DNA of 64,000 bases from Lingula anatina (lineage: Eukaryota; Animalia; Brachiopoda), in contig CM120645.1 of NCBI GenBank assembly GCA_051362555.1, positions 9,858,001 through 9,922,000 on the forward strand, in the 5' to 3' direction. Every line of letters starts with the position of its first letter. Position 1 is the stretch's first letter. The notes beneath the pieces are model-generated. The model was given only the letters and a program-made list of their open reading frames with translations, searched no databases and had not been told where the DNA came from. Both the position numbers and the translations under genes were made by a program. Positions 26,835-39,730 of the stretch are shown here, piece by piece.

Positions 26835-29800
26835 CTACCGAGAGGGCGCCAAAGCGCAGCCCGCTTCTATTCTCTCCCACTTGCTGTCTACTCGGACCTT
26901 GTATTTAACGTACTGGCAACTGTTGCGTTTGTCAAGCGGGTATCCAGATAGACAACGTGCCCTCGGTAGAATTTCGGGTTGCCTGTATAAATTCAAACAC
27001 ACGTGTCAACAATTATTGAAGGCAATGCTTATATATTTTAGGCTGTGGCCAAAAGGATTATGTTGGATTCAAGACCTAGGTTTTTAATTATTGATGAGTA
27101 TAGAACTACAGGGAATACAATATTGTTTGAATATCATTTCTAGAATTCACTATGTTGTGATTTTCAAGTTCTATGTTTGAAAATAAGGCAAAGGGTGTGT
27201 TCACAATGAACTTGGTAGTTCGAACTCACATCACAGGGATTTTTGCTGAATGCAATCAAATTGAGAGATTAACACTTCCCCTGGCGTTGAGCAGAATACA
27301 GAGAAGCGGGTAAGTACTCGAGTACGTTGAAAACGAGAGGAGCGTTAATCTGTTGATCTAATTGCATTCAGCAAGAATCCCTGATTGCACTCAGCGAGAG
27401 TCCCCGTGGAGTTACAGTGTAGTGCCAATGCGAATTACCTATATAAGTCCAACAGAAATGAAGAACTCAAATTTTATAACTCTTCCGAAGAAAGTCCGAC
27501 ATTGAATTTAAAGCAATTAGCCTAATAAGTCATATTGCAAAGATATTGAAAGTAGTACAACAGAGAATATATATATATATGTATGTATGTATGTATGTAC
27601 AGGGGTGGATACATGATTATTATTTGAGTGTGTTTTCGCAAATAAGACGCCGACCCCCCCCCCCCCCATTGGTGTGATTTTTTTCAAAGTCGAAGAGGGG
27701 GGGTCAGGTATGTACGTACATGTATGTACAGACAGACAGTGTGTGTGTGTGTGTGTGTGTGTGTGCTCTTGTGCACGCATTCTAACCGAGGACACACACC
27801 CGCCCGAAACCCACTAACCGAGGACACACCTCCAACCGAGGACGTCCTCGGTTGACATAAGCAGTGGAATGCATAAAGGGGCCCATTTCAAGTTAGGTGG
27901 TGAAATTTGACGCTATTCTGAGCCAGTCCTCGGTTATGCTGTATAGCGCGGGCCAAATTCCCGCCACGAGTGTATCAGAAATACTGTCCAACTTTTTGTC
28001 TGAAATCGGGCTATACACACGCGTCCTCGGTTGTGCTGTAAAGGGCGAACCAAATTCCGCGTCCTCGGTTGTGCTGTAAAGGGCAGACTAAACTGAAACT
28101 AATGTTATATCTCAGATGTCTATATATTCAGTAAGTTCATATTTTTAAACTAAAGGTCTTTTTTTATCAAATTAAGCTCTCCTAGGCCGTTACGTAACTA
28201 CATAACTATCATCGCACTGTACATATTACGGCACGCTTCTTTATTAGTACAACTGACTTGGAGTGGTTTAAATAAAGAAGAACTGTCTGAATTTGTGGCT
28301 CACTCGGTAGATCTTAGGACCGACAATCTTTTGAGGGTGCAAGAATTACTCTGAAGTATCAAATAAACGTACCGGTACGTTAATTAATTTTCCAAATTTC
28401 TTCCCGCCGGTACGCTCCATTTTCACCCAGTACGCTTATTAATTTTTCAAAAATCTTCCACCCGGTATGTTTATTAAATACATATTGTACCGGTGGGAAA
28501 TTACACAAGTACAAGTCACGCTTTTTATTTTCTTAAATTGAAGTATAATGAGAAGAAAATTGAGATCTCAACTCATTACCGACTGTTCTACCAACAGCAC
28601 TGGAAAGTAGGTCAAGCGGAAGTCGCTCTCTGAACACAATAGTACATGCGTCACCTGATTTCAGTTCCAATAAATAGACGTGCTTTCCCTTCAACAGTGA
28701 CAACTACTCATGTACATCGATCGAATGATGCAATGTCACAAGGTGATAGGATCATATTTATAGCTAAGGAGGTCATTTCAAGTGCAGCAAAGAAGTTGTG
28801 CCTGTTTTCAAACGTCAATTATTTCATGCCGATTTATGATTTAAACGATGTTAAATCACATTTCTATGTAAGATAAACCCTTAGGAGTTTACAGGTATGC
28901 AAAACGAACCTTATATCTGAGAATAAATTTACTATGAATAACGTCTCGGTATGGCTCTCGGAGGCGGCTTAGGTGCGACATATCTGGGTCTTCGGCCCCT
29001 GACGATTATGAAATTTAACTCATGGCAAATATATATATATATATATACTGTATATATATATATTTTTTAATAAATTAGATATCCCGTTTTTAAGATAAAT
29101 TATAATACTGAGTGAATTTTACCTGGTGAATTTTATTTTTTTTTACAATGATCAATAGCTAGCTTTTTTCTTTCTCTTCTTCTTCTTTACTTTTATTTAT
29201 TTATTTCATTTTTTTCTTTGGGGGGGGAGTGGTGCAAAGGTTTTTTACACCCAGTACTTTTATTCCATCAGTTCTTTTATTCGATACTTCAGAGTAAATG
29301 AAAAGGGTAAATGGATCGTCCGTAAACCCCCTTTACACTGGGGCGGCGTCCTTTGTGCGACCAAGAAACTGGCATCACTGTGGTCGTAGAAAGGAGGTAC
29401 AAGCATTGCGTTGGTTGAAAAAAAATGAATATTTGGTGATTGGCCAGTTGTCAGAAAGTTAAGTATTATAATTTTGTACTCTCAAATGGATCCGTACTAC
29501 AGGACGCAGAAAGGACGCCGTCCAGTGTAAAGGGCCCCTTAGCTAACTATGAATTAATCTACCCCTGACAGTTTGAAGAAGGCTATGACATTATGAAACA
29601 TTTATTATTACATAATGGCTCTGCGAACTACAGTCACTTCTTTTCACCTGTAGATCTGACCTGTTTGTTATACACCTGGCTGCTAGAATAAATACTAAAT
29701 CTAACAACTGAAGTGAAATTATATTTTGAATGGGCCCCTGTCGGTCCATGTCGCTAACACAGAGCACACATATTCATAAACACCGCATTTGCAAGAACCG

Positions 29801-32800
29801 CTTTGTGAAATAAAAAAAGAAAAAAAAAGACGCCCCGACAATTACGCGTCCTGATATATAGGCCTACAGTTCGGATATGCACACGGCAAAAACGATTAAG
29901 GGACCGTTCCCAGATCCTATCGTACTAACTATGGATCGATCTCTCCCAGAAGGAATGCTATATAAATTGCAATCAACGTAATCAGTGTGATCTGGCCAAT
30001 TTTACAAAGTTGCTGTTTTTCCCTTTTCTCAGCATAATATTATATGCGATGCAACATTTTAAAGAGAACCGATAGGTCTATTTTCATGAAACTCACAGAA
30101 CTGATGAATATTAGTTAAACGCAGGTCAAGTTTGAAAATCTTCATAATGGGCTGCTTTTTTTTTTCAGAAAATTTGCTGTTGTTTTTGCTTTTTTCAGCA
30201 TACATGCAACACTGTAAACACAGTTCAAGGAGAAGCAATAGGTCTATTGTCATGAAACTCACAGAACTGATGATTATTAGTAAAAGGGTTGTCAAGATCA
30301 AAAATCGGCATATCTGGGCCATTTTTTGTCAAAAGTTATGCTGTTTTTTTTTCTGCCATTTTCAGCATATAAGTAACACTGTAAGCACATTTCAGGGAGA
30401 ACCGATAGGCCTGTTGTCATTAAACTCACAGGAGTGATCAGTGTTACCAATATACAAATCAAGTTTGAAAATAGGATTGATTGGTTGAGTTCTGAGGGAC
30501 TTCAGCTTTTATTTGTATATAAGTGGTTTTCCTCAGATTTGATTGTCAGGCATGTTGACAGTTTCGTTATTGAATTAACTAGATATGTAAATATGTTAGT
30601 GTTTGTCTGAAATTTTCTGCATCTTTACAACATTGCTAGTTGATTATATAAATATGACGGTAAACATGTTATCATGTACTGTGTAATACAGTGTCTCAAA
30701 ATGGAGGCAATTGGGTGATTATTTTCAAAAGTTTTGCATTTTTTCTCCTTTTTTCATTGTACATGCAACACTGTAAACACATTTCAAGGAGAACCAATAG
30801 GCCTCTTTTCATGAAACTCACAGAACTGATTATTATAAGTAAAAGAATGGTCAAGATTGAAAATCAGCATGACCAGGCCCTTTTCTTTCAAATGTTATGC
30901 TGTTTTTTTTTTCAGCATATAAGTAACACTGTAAGCACATTTCAGGGAGAACCAATAAGCCTGTTTTCATGAAACTCACAGGAGTAATCAATGTTATCTA
31001 TATACAAATCAAGTTTAAAAATAAGATTGATTGGTTGAGTTTTGAGGGACTTCAGCTTTTATTTGTATATAAGTGGTTTTCCTCAGATTTGATTTTCAGG
31101 CATGTTGACAGTTTCGTTATTGAACTAACTAGATATGTAAATATGTTAGTGTTTGTCTGAAATTTTCTGCATCTTTACAACATTGCTAGTTGATTATATA
31201 AATATGACGGTAAACATGTTATCATGTACTGTGTATTACAGTGTCTCAAAATGGAGGAAATGGGGTGATTATTTTCAAAAGTTTTGCATTTTTTTCTCCT
31301 TTTTTCAGTGTACATGCAACACTGTAAACACACTTCAAGGAGAACCAATAGGCCTGTTTTCATGAAACTCACAGAACTGATGATTATTAGTAAATTAAAA
31401 AGAATGATCAAGATTGAAAATCAGCATGACCAGGCCCTTTTCTTTCAAATGTTATGCTGGTTTTTTTTAAGCATATATGTAACACTGTAAGCACATTTCA
31501 AGGAGAACCAATAAGCCTGTTTTCATGAAACTCACAGAACTGATGATTGTTAGTAAAAGAATGGTCAAGATTGAAAATCAGCATGACCAGGCCCTTTTCT
31601 TTCAAATGTTATGCTGGTTTTTTTTCAGCATATATGTAACACTGTAAGCACATTTCAAGGAGAACCAATAAGCCTGTTTTCATGAAACTCACAAAACTGA
31701 TGATTATTAGTAAAAGAATGGTCAAGATTGAAAATCAGCATGACCAGGCCCTTTTCTTTCAAATGTTATGCTGTTTTTTTTAAGCATATAAGTAACACTG
31801 TAAACACATTTCAGGAAGAACCAATAACTTAAAGCCTGTTTTCATGAAACTCACAGAACTGATTATTATGAGTAAAAGAATGGTCAAGATTGAAAATCAG
31901 CATGACCAGGCCCTTTTCTTTCAAATTTTATGCTGTTTTTTTTTCATCATATAAGTAACACTGTAAGCACATTTCAGGGAGAACCAATAACTTAAAGCCT
32001 GTTTTCATGAAACTCACAGAACTGATGATTATTAGTAAAAGCATATTAGTAACACTGTAAGCACATTTCCGGGAGAACCGATAGGCCTGTTGTCATTAAA
32101 CTCACAAGAGTGATCAATGTTATCTATATACAAATCAAGTTTAAAAATAAGATTGATTGGTTGAGTTTTGAGGGACTTAAGCTTTTATTTGTATATAAGT
32201 GGTTTTCCTCAGATTTGATTGTCAGGCATGTTGACAGTTTCGTTATTGAACTAACTAGATATGTAAATATGTTAGTGTTTGTCTGAAATTTTCTGCATCC
32301 TTACAACATTGCTAGTTGATAAAATAAATATGACGGTAAACATGTTATCATGTACTGTGTAATACAGTGTCTCAAAATGGAGGAAATGGGGTGATTATTT
32401 TCAAAAGTTTTGCATTTTTTTTCTCCTTTTTTCAGTGTACATGCAACACTGTAAACACACTTCAAGGAGAACCAATAGGCCTGTTTTCATGAAACTCAGA
32501 GAACTGATGATTATTAGTAAATTAAAAAGAATGATCAAGATTGAAAATCAGCATGACCAGGCCCTTTTCTTTCAAATGTTATGCTGGTTTTTTTCAGCAT
32601 ATATGTAACACTGTAAGCACATTTCAAGGAGAACCAATAAGCCTGTTTTCATGAAACTCACAGAACTGATGATTATTAGTAAAAGAATGGTCAACATTGA
32701 AAATCAGCATTACCAGGCCCTTTTCTTTCAAATGTTATGCTGTTTTTTTAAGCATATAAGTAACACTGTAAGCACATTTCAGGAAGAACCAATAACTTAA

Positions 32801-34970
32801 AGCCTGTTTTCATGAAACTCACAGAACTGATTATTATGAGTAAAAGAATGGTCAAGATTGAAAATCAGCATGACCAGGCCCTTTTCTTTCAAATGTTATG
32901 CTGTTTTTTTTTCAGCATATAAGTAACACTGTAAGCACATTTCTGGGAGAACCGATAGGCCTGTTGTCATTAAACTCACAAGAGTGATCAATGTTATCTA
33001 TATACAAATCAAATTTAAAAATAAGATAGATTGGTTGAGTTCTGAGGGACTTCAGCTTTTATTTGTATATAAGTGGTTTTCCTCAGATTTGATTGTCAGG
33101 CATGTTGACAGTTTCGTTATTGAATTAACTAGATATGTAAATATGTTAGTGTTTCTCTGAAATTGTCTGCATCTTTACAACATTGCTAGTTGATTATATA
33201 AATATGACGGTAAACATGTTATCATGTACTGTGTAATACAGTGTCTCAAAATGGAGGAAATGGGGTGATTATTTTCAAAAGTTTTGCATTTTTTCTCCTT
33301 TTTTTCAGTGTACATGCAACACTGTTAACATATTTCAAGGAGAACCAATAAGCCTGTTTTCATGAAACTCAGAGAACTGATGATTATTAGTAAATTAAAA
33401 AGAATGATCAAGATTGAAAATCAGCATGACCAGGCCCTTTTCTTTCAAATGTTATGCTGTTTTTTTTTATTTTTTTTTTTTTTCAGCATATATGTAACAC
33501 TGTAAGCACATTTCAGGGAGAACCAATAACTTAAAGCCTGTTTTCATGAAACTCACAGAACTGATGATTATTAGTAAAAGCATATTAGTAACACTGTAAG
33601 CACATTTCAGGGAGAACCGATAGGCCTGTTGTCATTAAACTCACAAGAGTGATCAATGTTATCTATATACAAATCAAATTTAAAAATAAGATTGATTGGT
33701 TGAGTTTTGAGGGACTTCAGCTTTTATTTGTATATAAGTGGTTTTCCTCAGATTTGATTGTCAGGCATGTAAACAGTCTCATTATTGAATTTACTAGATA
33801 TGTAAAATGGGTTGTTTGACAATTTCTGCGTCTTGACAATATTGCTAGTTGATTATATAAAAATGGTGGTAAACCTGTTATCTTGTATTATGTAAAAAAA
33901 GTGCCAAAATGGAAATGAACTCGTATCATTGTAGTTTGTCAGATTCAATCATTCACAATGTTCGGAATGGAGGAAATTGGACATTTAAACTTGTTATATT
34001 GATATTTTTGCCATCTCAACAATTTTCTTAGTTGATCATGTGAAATGGCAGTAAACTGTATTATTTTATGTAAAAAAGTTAAAAATGGAAAGAAACCCAT
34101 TTCAGTACAGTGCTCTCTTGTATACATTTAGCATTTTCAAAGTATGACTTTGGAGTTCCATGAACCTGAAAACCTTTGCTAGTCACATTTTCTGAATATT
34201 CATGATACTAATATTTTATTATAAAAAATTGATGACCATTATGCTGTTAAGCATTATATAATATTGCATCAAATTGGAAGAAAGCACAATTTTGGGTGCT
34301 GCTGGCATGATGTCCTCAATTGTAAGATTGTGTACTGTTCAAGTCTGTATCCAATGGACGACACTTTGTGTTATCAAAATACAAAATTCATGATAATAAA
34401 AGAGTGCTAAATAGAAAATAAGCATTATGAAAATAAAATGTTTGAAAACGAATTTCTTTGGTCTTTTATTTTATTTCATCAGTATCCTTTCTTTTCCTAA
34501 ATTAATTGATGTTTTATCTCATAATCTTCAATTCTAAAAAAGTGGCAAAGCCCAGCATTAAATATTGTATAACTGTTCATTTAATCATCACCTCTGGTGT
34601 TATTTTGGAATTTACCTTAAATATGAAAGAATTTCATAAAAATGTGAATTGCTGCAAAGTAACGCTATATAAAATTTGCTTTGCATTAAAAGTACAATCA
34701 TTATTACATGTAGATGCATGCATGTCCTCTGTTGTAATGTGTAGTGTCTGTCCGTGTGTGTGTCCGTGTGTGTCCTCGGTTAGAATGTAAAATTCTTGTC
34801 AGCAAAAAATTAGTTTTTATAAAAAATTAATTTATAACATTCATACTCAAATAGATTTTACCCTAAATTGAATGTTTTTATTTTGATTTAACCAAGGAAT
34901 AAGATGTCCTCGGTTGTATGGTGTTGTGCTGATGTCCTCGGTTGGTACACATAGACAAGTATGTGTGTGC

Positions 34971-35007
<37 letters not shown>

Positions 35008-35333
35008 TGAGAATGAGATCGATCGAGAGATAGTAAACATACCTGCCAGGTTTTTCATCATAGATCATATACCATGGGCAGTATGTCTCCGTGGTGTTGG
35101 CAAGATTGTCTCTAGGATTTATTGGCACATAAAATCCACCCTCCTTTTTGTATGCGCCCAAAATTCCACATTCACCTCTGTGCGTGTGTCGTCGCATGGG
35201 TGACGCTATGGCTACTGCGACAACTAGTACGGCAAAGAGGTACAATCCCTGTAAAAGCAAAATGTGAAAATGGTCCGACTTTAAGATTCAGTGGTCAAGG
35301 TGTTTGTAAATGTATTCATGATTGATATTCAAC

Positions 35334-35379
<46 letters not shown>

Positions 35380-35690
35380 AATACAACTTAATAAACTTAT
35401 TTGATCTTATTTCAATACTTAAAGTCATATTTCCCGTCTACATAAAGTGACAAACACTCATTCAACGTCAAGCAACATAACATAAACCACTTCTTGATTT
35501 AAAAGTCAAAATATTTGTTAAACTGTTCGTGATTAATATAGAGAGTTATTTGAAATACGCCTTGTTTGAGGGAGAGCAATACTTTTTGATCATATCTTTA
35601 CAGATTTATATGTCATGAATTAATGACGCAAAAATTATTCAAATTTACTCCGACGACTTCTGACGAACATCGTCGCCTGTGACTCGCCAT
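26835..35690 (-). CDS. Secreted IL-17-like / cystine-knot protein, copy 1 (~131 aa, 3 coding exons)
   Basis: Exons 35690-35649 (MASHRRRCSSEVVG, candidate), 35248-35043, 26982-26835. Signal peptide GLYLFAVLVVAVAIA-SP; core TYCPWYMIYDEKPGRQPEILPRARCLSGYPLDKRNSCQYVKYKVRVDSKWERIEAGCALAPSR* fits the IL-17 pattern CPW..D...R.P..L..A.C...C..V.Y...V...E.I..GC. The phase-2 intron is conserved in both copies. Confidence 0.78.
27234..27383. mobile_element. 150-bp MITE-like inverted repeat in IL-17-like intron (counterpart at 61497-61646)
   Basis: CAGGGATTTTTGCTGAATGCAAT pairs with ATTGCATTCAGCAAGAATCCCTG. Confidence 0.65.
28349..29294. mobile_element. Nested non-autonomous DNA transposon with TA target duplication (Tc1/mariner/pogo-like)
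   Basis: TA|CTCTGAAGTATCAAATAAA ... TTTATTCGATACTTCAGAG|TA. Confidence 0.75.
29326..29538. mobile_element. Nested Harbinger-like MITE
   Basis: CCCTTTACACTGGGGCGGCGTCCTTTGTGCG pairs with CGCAGAAAGGACGCCGTCCAGTGTAAAGGG; TAA/TTA flanks. Confidence 0.7.
29985..33900. repeat. Composite satellite of ~157-bp (A) and ~390-bp (B) units with higher-order structure
   Basis: GGAGAACCAATAAGCCTGTTTTCATGAAACTCACAGAAC recurs (31501 and 31658, 157 bp apart). Long units start near 30397, 30946, 32072, 32946 and 33611. Confidence 0.93.
35336..35377. repeat. (TA)n microsatellite (others: (TA)n ~5196-5226 and ~60647-60677; (CA)n ~25819-25856; (TATG)n ~27580 and ~61850-61900)
   Basis: Directly visible simple repeats. 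Confidence 0.9.
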
Positions 35691-38347
35691 GCCAGTTTTA
35701 AATTGCCGCGGGGTACGGGAGTCAGTGTGAAAACTGAGCTCGAAGTGATGGCAGAATTTGAAAGAAAATCATTTAAATTTTGGGTAAGGACTTAATTGTC
35801 CCAAAAATAACGTTTACCCTAGAAAATTCGTTAAGTAAAAGATTTTCAAGGGAACAACATGTGCATTTCAAAAATTTTAAGATAACGCCGCCGATCACAA
35901 GTATTCTGTATTTATGCAGGGCTTTACTTGCTGGGCTATTGGAGCATTCACAGTTACCTGTCTTGATATCTCCATTATTTTAAACTGAACAATTTATAAG
36001 AACAAATACACAAATACTCACTTTGACTTCCATGTAAGTGCATTTGACTTTTCCAACTTCGAGGAAAATACGATAAACCAGCCGCCTTGCTAAAAGGGAC
36101 GGCGTTTTAAGAACCAACAAGAATCGAAGCCCAACGAGTCCGATATGGATAGGACAGGATAGCTGCATTTTTATAAGATCTAGAACAATAGAAAATAACG
36201 ACTTCCTCTTGTTGATTCTGTTAGTCACAGGAAGACATTTATAAAAAAAGAATTAGAACATTGTATAAGACCTGACCGCTATAATCAGGAACCAAAGCAC
36301 CGAATCTTGGACACCCTGTGTAATTTTTTTCAAAGGCTGGTTTTCTCGCCCACCCCGTGGTATAATAATATCATAATGCCCTTTTACCCAGAGCGAATAC
36401 AGTCGCTGACGGGTTATACAGGGCGTTTAGGCGGGTTATACAGGGCGTTATAGGTCAAATTTTACCAGAGTGGACCTTTTCCCAGCAAAAAGGGTGGTTC
36501 TTTCGAACCCCCCGAACCCCCCCTGGCTACGGGCCTGAAGACATTTGGTTACTTGGTTCACATATTATTTTGAGTGTACTGTCTGAAAGAGATGACAACG
36601 AATCCACTGTACATTCTTTTGTGGGACTTAATCCCTTGAAAAATGCTCATTCCTGTATTCAGTCTGTTACGTGCATACGTATAATATATGTAGAAAATTC
36701 TAGCGTTGGGGCCATCTCGTGAAAAGTTTATTTCATTCTCGTCATAGTCATTAGAATTATTCCAATTAATAACTTAAGTCGTATACATGTAGTGTACATA
36801 TGTCTTTTTTTTCATACAGGATTAGGTCGAAAATAGTCAAAAGAAAGCCTGCCCCCAGCGCTATTGCTTCAGTTGATCCTGTTTCTTCTTCTTCATGACT
36901 CGTTCCACTTCATTTATTGCCGATTTTGTTTGACAGGAAGGGTGTGACAGGGCTAGAAGGAAAAAGGAAATTAATGTGATATTCGTCATATTTGAACTTG
37001 ATGCATGATTGTACAGTATTTGGTTCTATTTTCGTTCTTTAATAGTTAAGTAATTACTTTTCAGGACACTCATATTCTCAAACCCACCCTGGGGTCTGGA
37101 CAACAATTTATCATCAAGATTGAGGTAATTATCTGTTCACCTTTACCTGACCAGGTAATTTTGTTGTAACCAAGTCTGTCAGAGTGAACAGACGAAACAG
37201 TCAACAGGTAGATCAAATATGTGGATCTACTATAAATGAAAACATTTCGACTGATAATATAGAATAATAAGACAATATTGCAGTTCTTGGATCACATAAA
37301 AGATGCTAGAAAAATAGGCGAGCGCGTGATCAGTAGAGAGAGATTAGAGTATTGGCACCCTTGTATATGTACAAAAAAGAAAGAGATGGTTCATATACGT
37401 TTGAAACTGCAAATCGCCGCCGTCATAACAAGAATGCTTTAGCCTAGGCGCGTGCGTTGGATGCGTTGTGATCAGCTCAGATCGTCGTCTTGATCAGACC
37501 GTAGTAAGAAAATTGAATTGTACTCGAAATTCATCATTATGTTTTGCAGTCGACTTTTTAAATCAATCGTAATATATGACTTTAATTTATCAGTTTCGTT
37601 TAAAAGCAACTATAGCGAAGTTGAATTTAGAATAAATGAAGACAACTTGGTCATGACCATTTCTGCATAATCGTGCGTCTCACGTCTTTGTTTGTCCTCC
37701 CGAAAAACATTTTCCTCCACTTTTTTATAATCACCATGTTCCCTCAAGAAATTCAAAACAAATAAAAATATTTAAAAAAAAAAGCCCCTACCCTAAACTA
37801 CATACCACTGAGTATCATGTGTCTCTGTAACGTGAACCACCACTACATTTTAACCCATTCCTTTTGGGTGGCATATTCCCTACATTTTCTTTAGTGAGGC
37901 ATGCTTCGGATGTTTGATGCCCCACTTTTATAAATATTTTTTGCGGACGACTTTAAAATACACCAACAATGTATTAAGCGAACCTCGCAGTTTTGGCGAA
38001 CATACCAGAGCCGTGTTGAAGAAAATACCTGAGGCTGGGATATCTGTTTAAGATCTACAAATATAAGCCGTTCTGTACACATCTCTCTTTTTAATTTGCG
38101 AAAAAAATTGATATGATGAAGTGTAGAAGAGACCGAGGGCGTCTTAAAGCTTTCAATATCACCGTAGTGGAATATACCTTTAATAAACACACTGAAATTT
38201 TTGTGGCGGTATTTTAATACACCCGACAATATCATGCACTGCCTTAGACTGATGAATGAAGGGATCAACATGGATACCGGGTAAGGATGCTGTCAGCCTC
38301 TACAGGGAATGCGACGCAGTTTATTAATTTATTTATTTATACTTATT

Positions 38348-39730
38348 GACGTAAGTGACGAAACTTAACCCTGACTTCAAATTGAAATAAAGAGGCAGAG
38401 CAGTTCTGTGGAAATAAAGCTGACAATAGCTGGGTCAAAGACCAAATCATGCAAATAAATCAGTTCTTTAGTGTGGAAGAAAACGCGTTCTATTTAAAGG
38501 TTTAACTGTAAACCAATATCAGGCATAGAAACTATTTCACCTACCACGTCATAAAGGACGAGAGTCAAAAACGTCAGTTAATCCAGACCGTGACAATTTG
38601 CAGGGGCGGATTGAGATCGTCTTCTGGGTCTTCAAGTTTACATTGACGGGTATCTAATATTTTTCTGTCGGATGACAGACAAAAATGAATAATCGTTCAA
38701 CAAAGATAATTTGGAAGACTGTCAGGAAACATATCGTGATCCGCCTCTGATTTGAAAAAAAAAATCAACTCAGTATCTATTCGTTCAAAGCATATAGAAT
38801 GACTATGTGTATACGTAACTTACGTCTTTTGAATGTGTAAGGATTAAACGCGATAGGATGAAACCCCGCCCCCCTTTGAAAAAACCTTCTTCCCTAAACA
38901 AGATACACCCCCAAAGTGTGGAATACCTTACCACATTTTATTAAAACAGCAGAAGACTTTGACAGTTTTAAATCCCTTCTAAAGACCTACATTTTTAAAT
39001 CTGTCTATTGCTTTTAGATTTTTAAATATATTTTAATAAGATTGAGTTTTTAGTAGTGTTAATTTTAAATGGTTTCCAATGAGTGTTTTAGATTAAAATA
39101 TTGAAGTCATTTTAATGATTTTAGTTAAATTATCCATTATTGTAAGGCGCCTTGAGGTAGCATGTAAGGCGACATATAAGAAGCTTATTATTATTATTAT
39201 TATAATTATTATTATTATTATACCCTTGGGTATCATGCGTCTTCGTGTGGTGGACAGCCACCACACCTTATTACCGGGTATGCGGGTGACACATTCTCTA
39301 CGCTTCCTTTAAAGTGAAGCGTGACTCGGATGTTTGAGGTCGTTTTCTGATAAACATCCATCTTGTGGCTAAAAATACATGATTAACTAAACTTCTACGA
39401 AAAAGGGGGGACGTAAGTGACGAAACTTAAGCCTGGATTCAAATTGAAATAAAGAGGCAGTGCAGTTGATCTGTGGAAATAAAGCACGAGCTGACAATAG
39501 CCGGGTCAAAATCCAAACCATGCAAATAAATCAGTTCTTCAGTGTGCAAGAAAACATGTTCTATTTATAGCTAAAAACTTTAAGATTTAACAATACACCA
39601 TAGAAACTATTTCACCAACCATGTCATTAACTTATGCTTTTTGAATGTGCAAAGATTTAACGCGACAGGATGAAATCCGTCTGCCCTTTGAAAAAATCTT
39701 TTCTAAACAAGATACTCTTGGGTATCATGT
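38348..39730. repeat. Diverged local direct duplication (~38348-38905 vs ~39410-39730)
   Basis: Shared GACGTAAGTGACGAAACTTAA...AAATTGAAATAAAGAGGCAG...CATGCAAATAAATCAGTTCT...TAGAAACTATTTCACC...AAACAAGATAC. Confidence 0.8.
38907..39219 (+). mobile_element. 3' end of an L2/CR1-type LINE with (ATT)n tail
   Basis: Translates PKVWNTLPHFIKTAEDFDSFKSLLKTYIFKSVYCF*, a typical ORF2 C-terminus, followed by a 3' UTR and (ATT)n. Absent from the second copy of the local duplication. Confidence 0.75.

Larger units (their letters stand above)
27766..34961. mobile_element. ~7.2-kb non-autonomous TIR element (CACTA/EnSpm-like architecture) inserted into a (TG)n tract
   Basis: Absent in copy 2, where (TG)n(AG)n at ~62598-62648 is uninterrupted. 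Imperfect TIR CTTGT-N11-AACCGAGGACA at both ends; about 10 subterminal AACCGAGGAC motifs in both orientations. Confidence 0.7.
10259..35750. repeat. Segmental duplication, block 1 (paralogous to ~40348-64000+)
   Basis: Collinear order of shared exons, introns and spacers: 11041~44852, B~E, C~F, D~G, 24690~57820, IL17-like-1~IL17-like-2, 35440-35750~63672-64000. Blocks differ by many block-specific insertions and deletions. Confidence 0.92.

Noticed and set aside
14480-33900. Repeat arrays as CRISPR-like loci
   Set aside because: Head-to-tail units with no unique spacers, no cas genes, eukaryotic context.
34847-35260. ORF-track start MLLQ and the THTHTH tail of the secreted protein
   Set aside because: The TTG start lies in the splice acceptor (TTTTACAG) and the tail is read-through into an intronic microsatellite; replaced by the spliced model.
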